Below are positions 12,514 through 24,746 of a DNA stretch of 64,000 nucleotides, one piece after another. The stretch spans positions 1,240,001-1,304,000 of the forward strand of contig BCGN01000002.1 of assembly GCA_001599295.1 (NCBI GenBank), in the 5' to 3' direction. Source of the DNA: Sporopachydermia quercuum. Taxonomy: Eukaryota. The position numbers were made by a program, and so were the translations under genes. The notes below the pieces were generated by a model. That model was not told where the DNA came from, did no database searches, and was given only the letters and a program-made list of their open reading frames with translations. Numbering within the stretch: the stretch's first letter is position 1; the number at the start of each line of letters is the position of its first letter.

Positions 12514-12878
12514 TGGAATGATAGTTATTTCCGAAGCAATATATGAGACATAGATAAGAACAAGAAAGATTACTGACGCATCTCAACTTGTGTAATGAAT
12601 TGAGATGCATTTAGACAGATTAATTCAGATAATGATTATAGAATAATGAATGATAATAGATTCTCGTAGTTACCAGACCTGTAAAATCCTGGCTTTTAGT
12701 TATTGAATCATATGATTTGTCTTCTTTGTTTAAGTAACTGGAAACGGAAACTTTACTGCTTCTATAATTTCCGATATTATGCTCTCTTTGAAAACTGAGA
12801 AAAGCTACGAGGTTATCAATATTAATGATACCTTGATTTATTACAGTAATAGTTCTATAGGCCAAAATAAGAAAATAT

Positions 12879-15776
12879 TTAATNCCTATCAATATGCCAT
12901 CTTGAATACAACTTCCTCTTTCTAACCATTGGCTCAACTAGCACAACAGCTATCACCAAAGCAGTAATAGTTATTAATAACTTACCATAACCAAAAGTCT
13001 CTGCTAACATATCAAATTGACCTGATGGTTTGATTCTGGTAAAAAATGCGTCACCAGAACCATAAACAAACACCAGTGAAGTGGATTCAAGATTACTTGG
13101 AGTGACCACCACAGAGGCTTGTCTGAACTCCAAATTTCTATCATGAGATAGTATATCTAATGCTTGAACATTGAATAAAGGTATCATACCTTCAGATCGG
13201 AAGAGATTTTCTTTCTTTTCATCGTTGTTAGGTTCTCTTCCAACAGGTCTACGAGCATCAAGCATTTGTTTCGGTAGCAGTATCACTTGACCTGATTCTA
13301 ACACAGTAATAATACTCCTAGCTGTAACACCGAATCTAGAATAAGTCGGCTTTAAGGAAATGATTTTAGCTTCCTTTGGTACAGAAAATGATTGACTAAC
13401 CACAGATGGTGGTCTAATAACATCGAATTCTGACATTTCCTCAGAACTAAAACGAACATTAGGTGCCAGTGACTCATACAAATCGATCGAAACAAGTTTC
13501 GTAGATCTAAAAGGAAGATCACTGAAGTATGAGTAGAGGACCCAATGTTCACCAAGAACTGCACATATGCTAGAGCTGAAATCAATCTTCTCTCCAGAAT
13601 GTTGGGTGGAGTATAAAATATGTCCATTCACTGCGTCTAGTATAACAATCTTTAACTTATCTTCTTGTTCATTAGCCAAGACAGCAACAATATTATGAGG
13701 ATAGAGATATTTGTAAAGAACCGATCTATCAGCAAGAACTCTACCAATTGATGCAGATTTCTCCTCTAGCTGTTTACTGGTTATTGATATTAGTTTTTCG
13801 TTCTCACCAACAGGAAAATTCCATGTCTTTTTGATTTTATTGTAAACGGACACAAATCCAGTGATTCCATCTTCTGTTTGCGAGTAGAAGTAGATTTTAT
13901 CCGATTCGTTCCGATTATTGATAGTAACCACTTGGTTATCATCTGTTATCACAGATAGATCACTATCAGGTATAGTTACCGTTCTAATAATATCGGACTT
14001 AACATCCATATTACTCTCAGTAATAGTAAGCCCATTAGTGCCGTCATAAGTTAGTACATTTCCATCTGCATATACCAAACTAACAGTTTGACCAATAACT
14101 TTAAGAGCTACAAACTTTGATGTTTGGACGCTTGTGGACCAAAAAATTGTACCGTTGAGAGAATTAAGTCCGTATAATCCACCTGATTGAGTGAGCACAA
14201 CAATTACCTTTTGAAAACCGAACAAGGTACTCAGTCTACTTGATTCAGTCTCATCTGATCGTGAGAAAAAGTCTCCTGACAATACAAAGCTTATCAATTC
14301 AGTTAAATGTCTTGTGAATCTGCTAATATAAGCATCAAATACGTTAGCAGTTTCTTCTTCTAGGATGTATCGCTCTAGTTCATTGACCTCAGCAAGCTCA
14401 AAATCCAAGAATTCTGCAGCTAGAATTNCACTAAATTCTTCATGGTTAACCCAAGTATCACTAATAAATCTACCTCTAACGACAGTTTGAACCAATTGAC
14501 CATTTAGAGATTGGTATAACAGGTTAGTTTTATAGTAGTGATCATTTGATTCTTCGTTTGATATTTTTACGGTTGAAGCCTCAAGTAATTGTTCAGGGTG
14601 ATCAGAGATCCGAGCAACACTAACAGGAGTTAACTCGTTTGATGTTTCTTGACCATCAAGTGAAAAGATAGACAATTCATTTCCTATCAACAGAAGTATA
14701 GCTTTGTCGGTATCATCAATAATCACAACACTGGGCACTAGAATATTTTGGGTAGTAGTAAAACCTTTACCCAGGTTAGTAATTGACGCTTCTGCAATAT
14801 CAATAGTATAGAGAGATAAATGGCTAGTATATTCATTGGTGGATACTAACACCAAAGCAAGTTCTGATTCACCAATCAAGAAAAACTTTGACTCAGTAAT
14901 ATCAAATCCTTCAACTAAATTCTCATTAATTGATTTGACTAATGAACCATCAATGTCGCTGTAAAAACTAATAGTTGATGAACCACTAGACTGTGTGAGA
15001 ACAATATTGGCATAAGAAGCAACAAATGTTNCTTTTATTTCATAACCTGAATCTGAAGGTTCACCATCAAGAGTTTCATAATGGGCATACTTGTCATTAT
15101 TATAAGCAATTATGACATCAGATATACTCGGTTCAACGACATTTGCTGCAAAAACATAAGATACACCATCTAACTGTTGGGACCATAAGGTGGAGCCAGT
15201 TGTGGAATCAATCTTGAGGATCAAACCATCACTGAAAACTGCAATTATGTCGCTATCGGATAAAACTGAAAATTCAGCTAAAATCTTATCATAAACTGCT
15301 TCCCATAATAGGAATCCAGTCTTTGGATTCCAAATTTGTAATAATGATCTGTTTGAGTTCTTATTCACTATGCTTGTAGCAATACCAACACTTGAATTAG
15401 TCAGAGCGGCNTTTTTAGTATCAGCATCAACAACAAAATCAACAGATTTGATTGCAACTACATCATTGACGTGGAACTTCGATTGTGTTGTTAGTTGAGT
15501 TCTCCATTGTATTTGCCCAGAATAAACATCTATCGATGCTAAGTAGTTTTTATTTGTGGCTACAATATAAAAGGACTCTTTGGAAGACTTTTTCCCTGGT
15601 TGAAACTTTAGTTGTTCAGGTGATGAAAAGTCTCTGAAAGCAAGAAAATTGCCAGGAACAACTTGTCCTATAGTTTTATAAGCCCAATCAATAGTATGTG
15701 CATCTTCAGCAAATGCTACTGATACACATACTACTAATAGTAATAAGGACAAAATACCTGAATTGAACCACTTCAT
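12879..15776 (-). CDS. EMC1: ER membrane protein complex subunit 1
   Basis: Signal peptide, PQQ-like propeller start (IDW..TIG, GQIQWR), FGFQKVIVV, GRVLADRSVLYKYL, LESTSLV, PSGQFDML and a C-terminal TM helix. Confidence 0.93.
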   Translation of the reverse strand: MKWFNSGILSLLLLVVCVSVAFAEDAHTIDWAYKTIGQVVPGNFLAFRDFSSPEQLKFQPGKKSSKESFYIVATNKNYLASIDVYSGQIQWRTQLTTQSKFHVNDVVAIKSVDFVVDADTKXAALTNSSVGIATSIVNKNSNRSLLQIWNPKTGFLLWEAVYDKILAEFSVLSDSDIIAVFSDGLILKIDSTTGSTLWSQQLDGVSYVFAANVVEPSISDVIIAYNNDKYAHYETLDGEPSDSGYEIKXTFVASYANIVLTQSSGSSTISFYSDIDGSLVKSINENLVEGFDITESKFFLIGESELALVLVSTNEYTSHLSLYTIDIAEASITNLGKGFTTTQNILVPSVVIIDDTDKAILLLIGNELSIFSLDGQETSNELTPVSVARISDHPEQLLEASTVKISNEESNDHYYKTNLLYQSLNGQLVQTVVRGRFISDTWVNHEEFSXILAAEFLDFELAEVNELERYILEEETANVFDAYISRFTRHLTELISFVLSGDFFSRSDETESSRLSTLFGFQKVIVVLTQSGGLYGLNSLNGTIFWSTSVQTSKFVALKVIGQTVSLVYADGNVLTYDGTNGLTITESNMDVKSDIIRTVTIPDSDLSVITDDNQVVTINNRNESDKIYFYSQTEDGITGFVSVYNKIKKTWNFPVGENEKLISITSKQLEEKSASIGRVLADRSVLYKYLYPHNIVAVLANEQEDKLKIVILDAVNGHILYSTQHSGEKIDFSSSICAVLGEHWVLYSYFSDLPFRSTKLVSIDLYESLAPNVRFSSEEMSEFDVIRPPSVVSQSFSVPKEAKIISLKPTYSRFGVTARSIITVLESGQVILLPKQMLDARRPVGREPNNDEKKENLFRSEGMIPLFNVQALDILSHDRNLEFRQASVVVTPSNLESTSLVFVYGSGDAFFTRIKPSGQFDMLAETFGYGKLLITITALVIAVVLVEPMVRKRKLYSRWHIDRX

Positions 15777-16208
15777 TTTTTCAGTCCTTTCCTGGTAATG
15801 ATACGATCAAACTGACATATATCAATATCAGGCTTTGGAATAAAAAAGTTACCAGGTTTGTCTGATCTTCAGAGTGATAATCATTGATATGTTCATAGGC
15901 AAATCAATCAATTGGTAGAGATGCTGTAGTTCTTTCACGATGAATTGTTCAGTTGATAGTCTGAACATGGAGAGTACCAGTTACCTCATATAGGACAAAT
16001 TCCACGTGACCAGGTATCTCATGATCTTCTATTTAATTAGAATAAGAAAAATAGTATACTTACAATGAGATTGAGATCTGGAAGATGATATATGATATTA
16101 CAAATGCTATAGAGAAGGGTTCAAATATATGCAAAAAGTATTCTTAAACAAATTCAATGCCATTGATGAAATACAAAGTCAGCTAGATACATCGATATCA
16201 AATTTTGA

Positions 16209-17273
16209 CTATATGTCACGGTCCAGGTTTGACATTAAGTCAATGCGAGACTGTGGAGAGTTGAACTTATTGTTATCATTTTGCTTATTTTCCGGCAAAA
16301 TTATATCAGGATAGTTTATTTCAGAAGCTCTTCTGTAATGAGGAATATATCTTATTTCATAAGGGGATCTATCCATCGAATTCCATGGATTAAATATTTG
16401 CCACACTTTGCTTTGCGTTGAATGCGCCAATGATATGAATTTTGTCCCAGGAAGAACGAAACGATTTTCCTGTAGTATTTTTAAAGCATCTTTCGGAATT
16501 TCTACTTCCATATAATCATCACCAGGAGCAACAATAGATTTGCGTGATTGAATCAATTCTTTGATTTCGTCATAAATACCTTTCAAGGAAGTTAAGAAAG
16601 AAAACCCGTTCCTCCAATCCAATTGGGATGTTGATGGTATATCTGATAGCATTAGTTCATCTGGGTAGTTCTTATCGATAAATTTCTTCATTCTATCTCT
16701 ATTCAACATTACTTGTTCGTTGTATCGTATCTGAAGTAATGTTCCTGCAGTTCCGTTCAAAAAGACCGTTTCTTCTTGCATATTAAGATAAGCTGATAAT
16801 CTCAAAGCTCTTTGAACATCATTCAAAGGTCTATAGTAAGGGCCAAACCATGAAGTGTATAAAAATGCTTCTTTTTCTCTCGCTAAACGTTCTACTTTGG
16901 CCTGCTCAACAAGGGGTTCATAAGGAAACATCAAGAGAACTTGACTAGCAGTGCAAAGAATTCCACCAATAGCACCCAACCTCAAACTGTACTTTTTTAG
17001 CAAGTTTTTCCTTCGCACCCATGCTGACAATAAACTAAACTTTGATGTATCTATATACATAGATCGTCGAAACATATATACAAAAAATGATGCTTGTATT
17101 GAAAATAGCGTCACATTACAAGGAATACAATCCGGTGAAGGACCCAATGGTCCCCATAGTTTGCATATTGTGGGATTCTCGTAAGGCTCAGGTTCTTCGT
17201 CAGACGAATTGTTCCTAACTTGTTTAACAATGTTATCTTCAGGTGGCCTCTGTGGTGGATCAAATAATCCCAT
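16209..17273 (-). CDS. MGR1: Mitochondrial i-AAA protease adaptor Mgr1-like
   Basis: MGLFDPP..KLWGPLGPSPD resembles the Mgr1 N-terminus; also two TM segments, WFGP and C-terminal PW..IP. Neighbours EMC1 as in S. cerevisiae. Start placed at the first ATG. Confidence 0.75.
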   Translation of the reverse strand: MGLFDPPQRPPEDNIVKQVRNNSSDEEPEPYENPTICKLWGPLGPSPDCIPCNVTLFSIQASFFVYMFRRSMYIDTSKFSLLSAWVRRKNLLKKYSLRLGAIGGILCTASQVLLMFPYEPLVEQAKVERLAREKEAFLYTSWFGPYYRPLNDVQRALRLSAYLNMQEETVFLNGTAGTLLQIRYNEQVMLNRDRMKKFIDKNYPDELMLSDIPSTSQLDWRNGFSFLTSLKGIYDEIKELIQSRKSIVAPGDDYMEVEIPKDALKILQENRFVLPGTKFISLAHSTQSKVWQIFNPWNSMDRSPYEIRYIPHYRRASEINYPDIILPENKQNDNNKFNSPQSRIDLMSNLDRDI

Positions 17274-18074
17274 TTTCGCTTGCTTTAATTTAACCAATGA
17301 CTCAATGCCAATTCACTCACTCCTAATCTTCCTAGTATTATATTCTTATTGCCTATCCTGCCTACTTCATAAAAGTAGTAGTTTTGCAATTTATTTCTCT
17401 CCTATGATTTTCTGTTTATTTACAGCTATTGAGTCTCCTTTCAACATATATTCGTCAAACTCAACAGAATGATATGTCAGAAGTAATGCAATGGTAATCG
17501 TACCCAAATGCAAAGAGCTCTCTCCAATGTTCACTATACAATAAGATGGCAATGACCTTTGACCTTTCTTCTCTTTTCTTTCTAATCGGGAAGTCTTTCT
17601 ACATTACCCCCTCGTCTTCATTTCTAACTTGGGGGGATATGCAAGATAATTAATTGTCATGACATAATGCTTTGTATCATTACCGGGTAATCATTTTGTC
17701 CTGAATTGAAATGAAAGCAAGTGAAAATTGTCCTAGTAAATGTAAGAAATAAATGAATGTGGTAAAAGACTAAGAGAGAAATCATAAAATTGATTTATTG
17801 ATGGTTGGTTGGTTGGTTGTAGTTTAATGTACTATTGGGGTATTTGATGATAATTAATTAGTTGCTTCACTATTCAAGGTGGCAAAGAGGAAGGAGGCTG
17901 TTTGCTAATCTTATAGCGTAATATTGAGGCTGAAATCAACGTTAAGTCCGGATCAATTAGTATATTGTTAGTTGTTTGATATTTGGCTAACATTAGATCA
18001 TACAGCTGGGTTGAGAGAGGGAGAGAGTGTTTTGATAGTGGCTTATTAGAGATAGAAGTACATAGGTCAACAAT

Positions 18075-19916
18075 ATGTTGACATTAAACAAAGGAAATGG
18101 AGCTAGGGCATGCGGGGGATTGAGATCCAGTTTAGCGAAAGCTGTAACCCCAGTAGCAAATAGAAATGAGCATTTTAACAGAGATCACCAAAGGCCAATA
18201 AGTCATTCATCAAAGTCAGGTATAACGCTGGCAAATCATTCAGCTAGCAGAACATCAGGATTTAGTTCAAGATCTTGTTTCAAATTGAAAGATCTTTCCT
18301 CCTATTACAAGCTAAGGCAAAACAATACTGGTGAAGTGCAATCTTGGAGATCGAATTCAACCAATGTTCAGCAAGAGAATTCACAATCAGGAAAAGGAAA
18401 TCTTCGAGATGATATCTATGAAGGTGTGGACAAACAAAAACAAGGAGAAAACGTATCGATCGTCTTATACGATGGTTGGTCATTTACAAATGAAGAATCA
18501 TTCGAGAAAGCAATAGCGAGAGCTAACGAAAATAGATTCTGCAAGTACCCTTTCGACCTACAGACATATCAATTAAGACTGGAAAAAGAGATTTTTTCAA
18601 AGAACCAGAAAGAACAGGATTCAGAGGTAGTTTTGGAAGCGTTACGTGCTGGCAGTTGTTTATATAACATAGTGACAAATTCTGCAACATATAGAGCAAG
18701 GAAACCAGCTACAAGCCAATCAAAAGAAGCAAAAGTTACTTCCGAAGATGCACCAGATCCTGAAGAAGTCATTTTTTCAATAACTAAGAGATTGCTACTT
18801 TTGCCTAATCTTGAATTAAACCACGGTTTCTTAAGACGATATTTCATTACAGAACCTTGTCCACCAGCAGAGTGCGTGTTCATAGCAATGGAAGCTTTCT
18901 ATGTACATAATGATCGAAAATCAGGACACATGAAATCATTCAGAAAATTGAGATCTATGTTTTTGCCATCAAATCCAGTGAAAGCATCAGTGATTCCGAC
19001 TAAATTGGCAATGATTCCTTTAAGAAGGTTTCTATGGCAAACAGATCTTAAAACTTGTTTCCGAATTTTAGATCTATCTGCTGGTCATCATAATACTTTC
19101 GAGTTGATCAAACAAATTTGGTTGAAACGTTTATTTTATTATATTGGATATACGTCAGGCACACTAGCAACAGCTGATTATATATTTTATGCTTTAGTTG
19201 ATCACTATAATGTTGTTGTGACAAGAGGACCAGGAATTCTACTGACATTACTGTTTTTCTATTGTTCACATTTCACATTTATGTTTATCACCAACTCTGA
19301 TGGTATGGCCTCCAACTCAGGTAATGTGTTGAAGTGGAATCAAGGTGTTCCACCTCAATACAAGTATCTTCATGCTGAAGAAATGATGATGCTTCAAAGG
19401 ATATATGAAATGAAAACTATGGTCCAAGATTTTGGGTTAGAATTCAATGAAATACATAATGACTTGAGAGCAAGGATTGGATCTGATATCAAGTATTCTT
19501 TTGATTCTCCAACTGGTGTTCATAAAGATGTGATGAAATTTAATACCACTGGTGATGTTATGTTGAAAGTTCAGGTTGATGATAGAAGAGTTCATCCTGT
19601 TGCTCGTCAATCTGATATATTTTTGCAGCGATGGTGGTATACGAATGGTGGATGGTATGAATGGGTTGAGCCTGATCAAGATCCTGCTGAAATAGAATGG
19701 AAAAGAAGGTTTTTAGCGGTAAAGAAACTAGAACTGCCTGCTGGTGTTGAATATGGTACTGATGATTATGTGATGAAGGATGAGGATTTAGATACTCGTG
19801 AAGTTGACCCAAGATTACACGATCTATTAGATATCAGTGAAAGAAAACGAGCAGGAACATTTGATCCTGACGAGACTGCTGATTATTTTGACCCTACCAA
19901 GAAGATCGTCGGTTAG
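18075..19916 (+). CDS. Uncharacterised 613-aa protein, probably mitochondrial membrane
   Basis: Long ORF with an Arg/Ser-rich, acid-poor N-terminus, two hydrophobic segments (about aa 350-405) and a WWYTNGGWYEWVEPDQDPAE motif. Family not recognised. Confidence 0.75.
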   Translation: MLTLNKGNGARACGGLRSSLAKAVTPVANRNEHFNRDHQRPISHSSKSGITLANHSASRTSGFSSRSCFKLKDLSSYYKLRQNNTGEVQSWRSNSTNVQQENSQSGKGNLRDDIYEGVDKQKQGENVSIVLYDGWSFTNEESFEKAIARANENRFCKYPFDLQTYQLRLEKEIFSKNQKEQDSEVVLEALRAGSCLYNIVTNSATYRARKPATSQSKEAKVTSEDAPDPEEVIFSITKRLLLLPNLELNHGFLRRYFITEPCPPAECVFIAMEAFYVHNDRKSGHMKSFRKLRSMFLPSNPVKASVIPTKLAMIPLRRFLWQTDLKTCFRILDLSAGHHNTFELIKQIWLKRLFYYIGYTSGTLATADYIFYALVDHYNVVVTRGPGILLTLLFFYCSHFTFMFITNSDGMASNSGNVLKWNQGVPPQYKYLHAEEMMMLQRIYEMKTMVQDFGLEFNEIHNDLRARIGSDIKYSFDSPTGVHKDVMKFNTTGDVMLKVQVDDRRVHPVARQSDIFLQRWWYTNGGWYEWVEPDQDPAEIEWKRRFLAVKKLELPAGVEYGTDDYVMKDEDLDTREVDPRLHDLLDISERKRAGTFDPDETADYFDPTKKIVG

Positions 19917-20324
19917 TAAAGGATGAAACGTTTGAGGCCATTTATGATCTGTTTATTTATGCACGCATGAATGTTACTACTAACTGCTATTTATAAAGTA
20001 TGAGATGGAAAGCAGCCCACATTAGATATTATAGCCCTGTATATACAATGAATACAATAGAGCATTTTATTATGGTAATTAAATCCAAAAAATATTGTGA
20101 TATTTGTACGCTGAAATCTGGCCACCACTAGGTAATATGCATAAACTTTGTTCATTTAAGAATGGAAAATACTTTTCAAACAAAAGGATTGCATTGTCTG
20201 ATTTCTACTAAATTGTTATTTTATGGCAGATACTTATTCATTCATAAATTTAAATATTATTAAGATTTCATACATATATACAAGCAAATAAGTTCAATGT
20301 TGTTGATTCACATATTGTTCAACT

Positions 20325-22814
20325 TCACAAATCTCCAGGTGGTAAAGCAGCTTCTTCAGCATTTGGTTTAACAACCAATTCACCGTCTTCAACAACTATA
20401 TGAACAGTTTCATTCTCTCTAATTTGACCTTTAATCATATATTTTGCCATTGGATTGAGAATTCTCTTTTGGATCAACCTATTCAAAGGTCTCGCACCAT
20501 ATAAAGGATCGTAACCATGATCGACCAACCAAGTAGTTGCTGCCTCCGACAAATCCAAAACGATTCTTCTATCTGCAAGTCTTTCTTGAACTTCTTTAAT
20601 TCTAATAGAAACAATCTTCTTTAGGGATTGTTTAGATAATCTGTTGAAAACCATTATGTCATCCAATCTATTCAAGAACTCAGGTGGATAATAATTCTTC
20701 AAAGTATCTAAGACTTGTTTCTTTGTCTCTTTACTTACAAGACCTGACTCATTCTTAATTTCCTTATCACCTAATAATAATTCTTGACCAATATTAGATG
20801 TCATCACAATTAGAGTATTACGGAAATCAACTTTTCTACCCTGAGAATCTGTTAAAGAACCTTCATCAAGAACTTGCAAAAGAAGTTTAGATACATCAGG
20901 ATGAGCCTTCTCAAATTCATCGAATAAAACAACAGCATATGGTTTCCTTCTAATAGCTTCTGTTAATTCACCGGATTCTTCGTAACCAACATAACCTGGA
21001 GGAGAACCAATTAGACGAGAAATACTATGCTTCTCTTGGAATTCACTCATATCAAATCTGACAACAGCATTCTCATCATCAAACAAGAATTCGGCTACAG
21101 CCTTAGTCAATTCTGTCTTACCAGTACCGGTAGGACCTAGAAACATAAATGATGCAACAGGTCTTCTTTCGCTTGTTAAACCAGCACGTTGAAGTCTAAC
21201 AGCATCAGCTACAGCATGAATTGCTTCGTCTTGACCAATAACCCGCTGACAAATTGAATCTTCCATATGTAGAAGTTTATCCTTTTCACCTTTCATTAAG
21301 GATTGAACAGGAATACCAGTTGATTTTGAGACAACCCTCGCAATATCTTCAGAAGTAACAGAATCATGAAGTAACGATGATCCATTATTACTATCTTTAT
21401 CTGTAGGTACTTTCTTTTCTAATTCAGGAATCCTAGAATATTGCAATTCGGATGCTCTTCCAAAATCACCTCTTCTTCTAGCAATTTCTAATTCCTTTCT
21501 AGCTTCCTCTAAATCTTGTTTGGCATTCTTGATAGATTCAATTTCTTTTCTCTCTTCTTCCCAAACCTGAGTTAATCTATCCATTTCTTCCTTTTTGACT
21601 TGCAACTGCTTTTCTAACAAAGCTTTCCTATCCAAAGATAGAGCATCAGTTTCTTTCTTCAAAGATTCTAATTCAATCTTCAAAGTCATGATTGCACGAT
21701 CTAGTTCCTGAATAGCATCAGGCTTTGACTCATGTTGTAATCTTAAAGCTGAACAAGCTTCATCAACTAAATCAATTGCCTTATCAGGCAAAAATCGGTC
21801 AGTAATGTATCTATTAGAATAAACGGCAGCTGTTACTAAAGCAGAATCTGTAATTCTTACACCGTGATGAACTTCATATCTTTCTTTTAAACCTCTAAGA
21901 ATACTAATAGCATTCTCCACAGAAGGTTCTGATACAAGAACTGATTGGAAACGACGGGCCAATGCAGCATCTTTCTCAATGTACTTTCTATACTCGTCAA
22001 TAGTTGTTGCACCACAACATTGAAGTTGGCCTCTAGCTAAAGCTGGTTTTAATAGATTTGAAGCATCAATACTTCCTTCAGCTTTACCCAATCCTAGTAG
22101 AATATGCAATTCATCAATAAAGAGGATGACATCACCATTGGCTTGTTCGATTTCTTTCAATATGGCTTTCAATCGTTCTTCAAAATCACCACGATACTTT
22201 GCACCGGAAATCAAACTACCCAAATCTAATGAAACAACTCTTTTATGCTTAATGCTTTCAGGAACTTCTCCCCTGACAATTCTTTGAGCCAAGCCTTCCA
22301 TAATTGCTGTTTTACCAGTACCTGCTTGACCAATTAATGCTGGATTGTTTTTAGTTCGTCTTGCGAGAATTTGAATCGTTCTTTTAATTTCTTCGTCTCT
22401 TCCAATGACTGGATCCAATTTACCTTCTTCTGCTAATTTTGTCAAATCAATACCGTATTGTTCCAATGCTGACTGTTGACCACCACCGCCTAAATCCATC
22501 TTAAAATTAGGCCCTGATCCTGGTGCTGACCCACCACTTCCAAAAGATGCATAACCTCTTGCAAAAGCTAAGCTTCGTATATTAGAAATAGGGAAAACTC
22601 CATTGTTTCCTTTGCTCAAAACATTTGAAGTTTGTAAACTATTTGAAAGCTGAATTGCAGGGTTACGATACTGACTTATAAACCTGTTGGATGCCGCTTG
22701 AATAGCACTGAGATGATGGTTTGAACTGCTTAATCCATTGCTGGATAAAGCTTTCAGTTCAGAAGTTTTCAGTCCCAGTGCTTTTGATCTTAGTAATGCA
22801 TTTCTTGATAACAT
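20325..22814 (-). CDS. HSP78: Mitochondrial ClpB-type disaggregase Hsp78
   Basis: Presequence [23 protein letters not shown], two Walker A motifs ([16 protein letters not shown]), [19 protein letters not shown]. No ClpB N-domain. Confidence 0.96.
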   Translation of the reverse strand: MLSRNALLRSKALGLKTSELKALSSNGLSSSNHHLSAIQAASNRFISQYRNPAIQLSNSLQTSNVLSKGNNGVFPISNIRSLAFARGYASFGSGGSAPGSGPNFKMDLGGGGQQSALEQYGIDLTKLAEEGKLDPVIGRDEEIKRTIQILARRTKNNPALIGQAGTGKTAIMEGLAQRIVRGEVPESIKHKRVVSLDLGSLISGAKYRGDFEERLKAILKEIEQANGDVILFIDELHILLGLGKAEGSIDASNLLKPALARGQLQCCGATTIDEYRKYIEKDAALARRFQSVLVSEPSVENAISILRGLKERYEVHHGVRITDSALVTAAVYSNRYITDRFLPDKAIDLVDEACSALRLQHESKPDAIQELDRAIMTLKIELESLKKETDALSLDRKALLEKQLQVKKEEMDRLTQVWEEERKEIESIKNAKQDLEEARKELEIARRRGDFGRASELQYSRIPELEKKVPTDKDSNNGSSLLHDSVTSEDIARVVSKSTGIPVQSLMKGEKDKLLHMEDSICQRVIGQDEAIHAVADAVRLQRAGLTSERRPVASFMFLGPTGTGKTELTKAVAEFLFDDENAVVRFDMSEFQEKHSISRLIGSPPGYVGYEESGELTEAIRRKPYAVVLFDEFEKAHPDVSKLLLQVLDEGSLTDSQGRKVDFRNTLIVMTSNIGQELLLGDKEIKNESGLVSKETKKQVLDTLKNYYPPEFLNRLDDIMVFNRLSKQSLKKIVSIRIKEVQERLADRRIVLDLSEAATTWLVDHGYDPLYGARPLNRLIQKRILNPMAKYMIKGQIRENETVHIVVEDGELVVKPNAEEAALPPGDL

Positions 22815-23402
22815 AGCAATTATCTGATTGACTATATAACGCTTCAATACTATTAACGAATAGTAAATTATATCTTGATAGAAAGCTACCCTCTTGATTG
22901 AAGGGTACCACAATATCCTATACGACTTAAACGCTAGTAGTGCTCACTTAAAATAGGTGACAAATGGAAGAAATAGCTCATCAGAAATCTGACGAAGATA
23001 AATATCGACAAACTGTTATGAGGAGGAAGAAAGTAAAGAATGGCAAATCAAGTTTGTTATATATATAAAGAAATTCAGATATAAGCTAATAAAACAGTAG
23101 TTATCAAAGAATATTATGGAACTCATCGGCTAATAAATGATGAGGTAATTAAATAAGATTACACTTTCTAGTCATGGGACATATGACAAATACATAGTTC
23201 TGGAAATGACTACGAGATAGATTAAGGTGAGAAACAAGGGTAGAGCAATAGAAAATGGTTGGTTAATACGAATGAAAACATTAAAAAATCTAGTGTAAGA
23301 TATTACATGGAAATACGCTATTTTTAATTGTTTCCTATATCTTCCTAGTAAAGCCAATGAGTTTTCAAGCTGAATATGGCTATAGCTCCACTAGATGCTG
23401 CG

Positions 23403-23417
23403 AGAATATTCTAGAAA
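23403..23417. promoter_or_regulatory. Perfect heat-shock element (nGAAnnTTCnnGAAn) upstream of HSP78
   Basis: aGAAtaTTCtaGAAa about 590 bp upstream of the HSP78 ATG, with a TATA-like run at about 23058-23069. Confidence 0.75.
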
Positions 23418-23720
23418 GGGGAACTAGTAGAGTGGTCTTGTGACATAATATTGTGACACTACTTTGACAAAGTTATTTCGAGGAAGCATTAACATTTAAA
23501 TGATCACGTAATCTGTTTTCTGCCTTGTTATCTACATTTCTTAGTAATAGGGACCGATAAGAGCCAATTATCATCTAATACTTGACAGGAGAGGTAAGCA
23601 TATGTATATACTATAATAAATAATAAAAAAGTTATTCTAACCAATAATATGAAATACCAAACATTATACCTGTACTCCACATATTTGAGATGAAATGACT
23701 CTTATGTTTACTTGTGAGAT

Positions 23721-24746
23721 CTATGAAAGGTGAACTGATAGTGTAGACGGTGCTAAACCATCGTCTGTTGATTGTTCTCTTTCAAAAAGACCAGTTTCTT
23801 CCAACAGTTTTTCATTTTCCTTACCAAGACCAAGGTCAAATAAAGGGTGCGTACTTTCTATACCATAGTATATATCTGCTCCAGCAAATCCTCGATCATC
23901 TAAAAGCTCTAACTTAGAAATGATATCTTCAAGTAGGATTGCTCTTCCAGCAACTATCGTTTGACCCAATCCTGTATTTGCCATATGAACAACATGAATA
24001 TGGAAATGATAATAGCTTGGCTGATAATGAACGAAAAGTCTTAATTCATCAGGCCGCACTTGATAATTGTATGCTTGTGGTACTGCTTGTCGGATCCTTT
24101 GACCAACTGCCTTTAACCATTCATGATGTCCTTCAGCTTTAGTTAAGTCACGAACAGATGAGATATCAGTTCTATATACTAAGGCAACAAGATATAGTGC
24201 ATCCATTGTAACACCATCCCATTTCATATCAGGAAGCAAAATAAAACCATTCCTTTCATCAAGATCATTATAAACAACTCTTTCTGCTTCTGCTCCTTCA
24301 TACAAAATATTCCTTACCCATTTGATTCGATCCCCTTTCATTGTTTCAATGTACGGCTTCACTATGCGTTCATATTGCTCTGGAGTTTCTTTTATAAAAA
24401 AGTATTTCCTAGGTTGAAACTTCTTCAAATGAACCTCTGTTGCTGGCCAAATTAGATTCAATTTAGCAGAGGGAAATTCATCCAAATCAGATTTGGTAGT
24501 TATCATAGTCCAATGGTAGATATCGTTACAAGCGATTGGCTTCATATCTATGACAAGGTTATTTAACTCTGCCAACATAGTGGGTTCTGTAACAAAGTGT
24601 GATTTTTCCATCGAAACAATTGCAGGTTTATCTTGTATCTTACCCAATAATGCACATGTTTTTGTTTGAGGATCTGAGGCTAGGAGTTGTTCAAATTTGA
24701 ACGATCTCACTAAGGAGACAACATCAACTGGTTCTTCTTCTCCCAT
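23721..24746 (-). CDS. DCS1: m7GpppX scavenger decapping enzyme (HIT family)
   Basis: NDIYHW, KLNLIWPATEVH, LLPDMKWD, HYQPSYYHFHIH. Confidence 0.93.
   Translation of the reverse strand: MGEEEPVDVVSLVRSFKFEQLLASDPQTKTCALLGKIQDKPAIVSMEKSHFVTEPTMLAELNNLVIDMKPIACNDIYHWTMITTKSDLDEFPSAKLNLIWPATEVHLKKFQPRKYFFIKETPEQYERIVKPYIETMKGDRIKWVRNILYEGAEAERVVYNDLDERNGFILLPDMKWDGVTMDALYLVALVYRTDISSVRDLTKAEGHHEWLKAVGQRIRQAVPQAYNYQVRPDELRLFVHYQPSYYHFHIHVVHMANTGLGQTIVAGRAILLEDIISKLELLDDRGFAGADIYYGIESTHPLFDLGLGKENEKLLEETGLFEREQSTDDGLAPSTLSVHLS

Noticed and set aside
17742..18005. Possible 5'-UTR intron of the 613-aa gene (GTAAGA..GCTAAC..TAG)
   Set aside because: Plausible, but no reading-frame constraint tests it and the donor is ambiguous.
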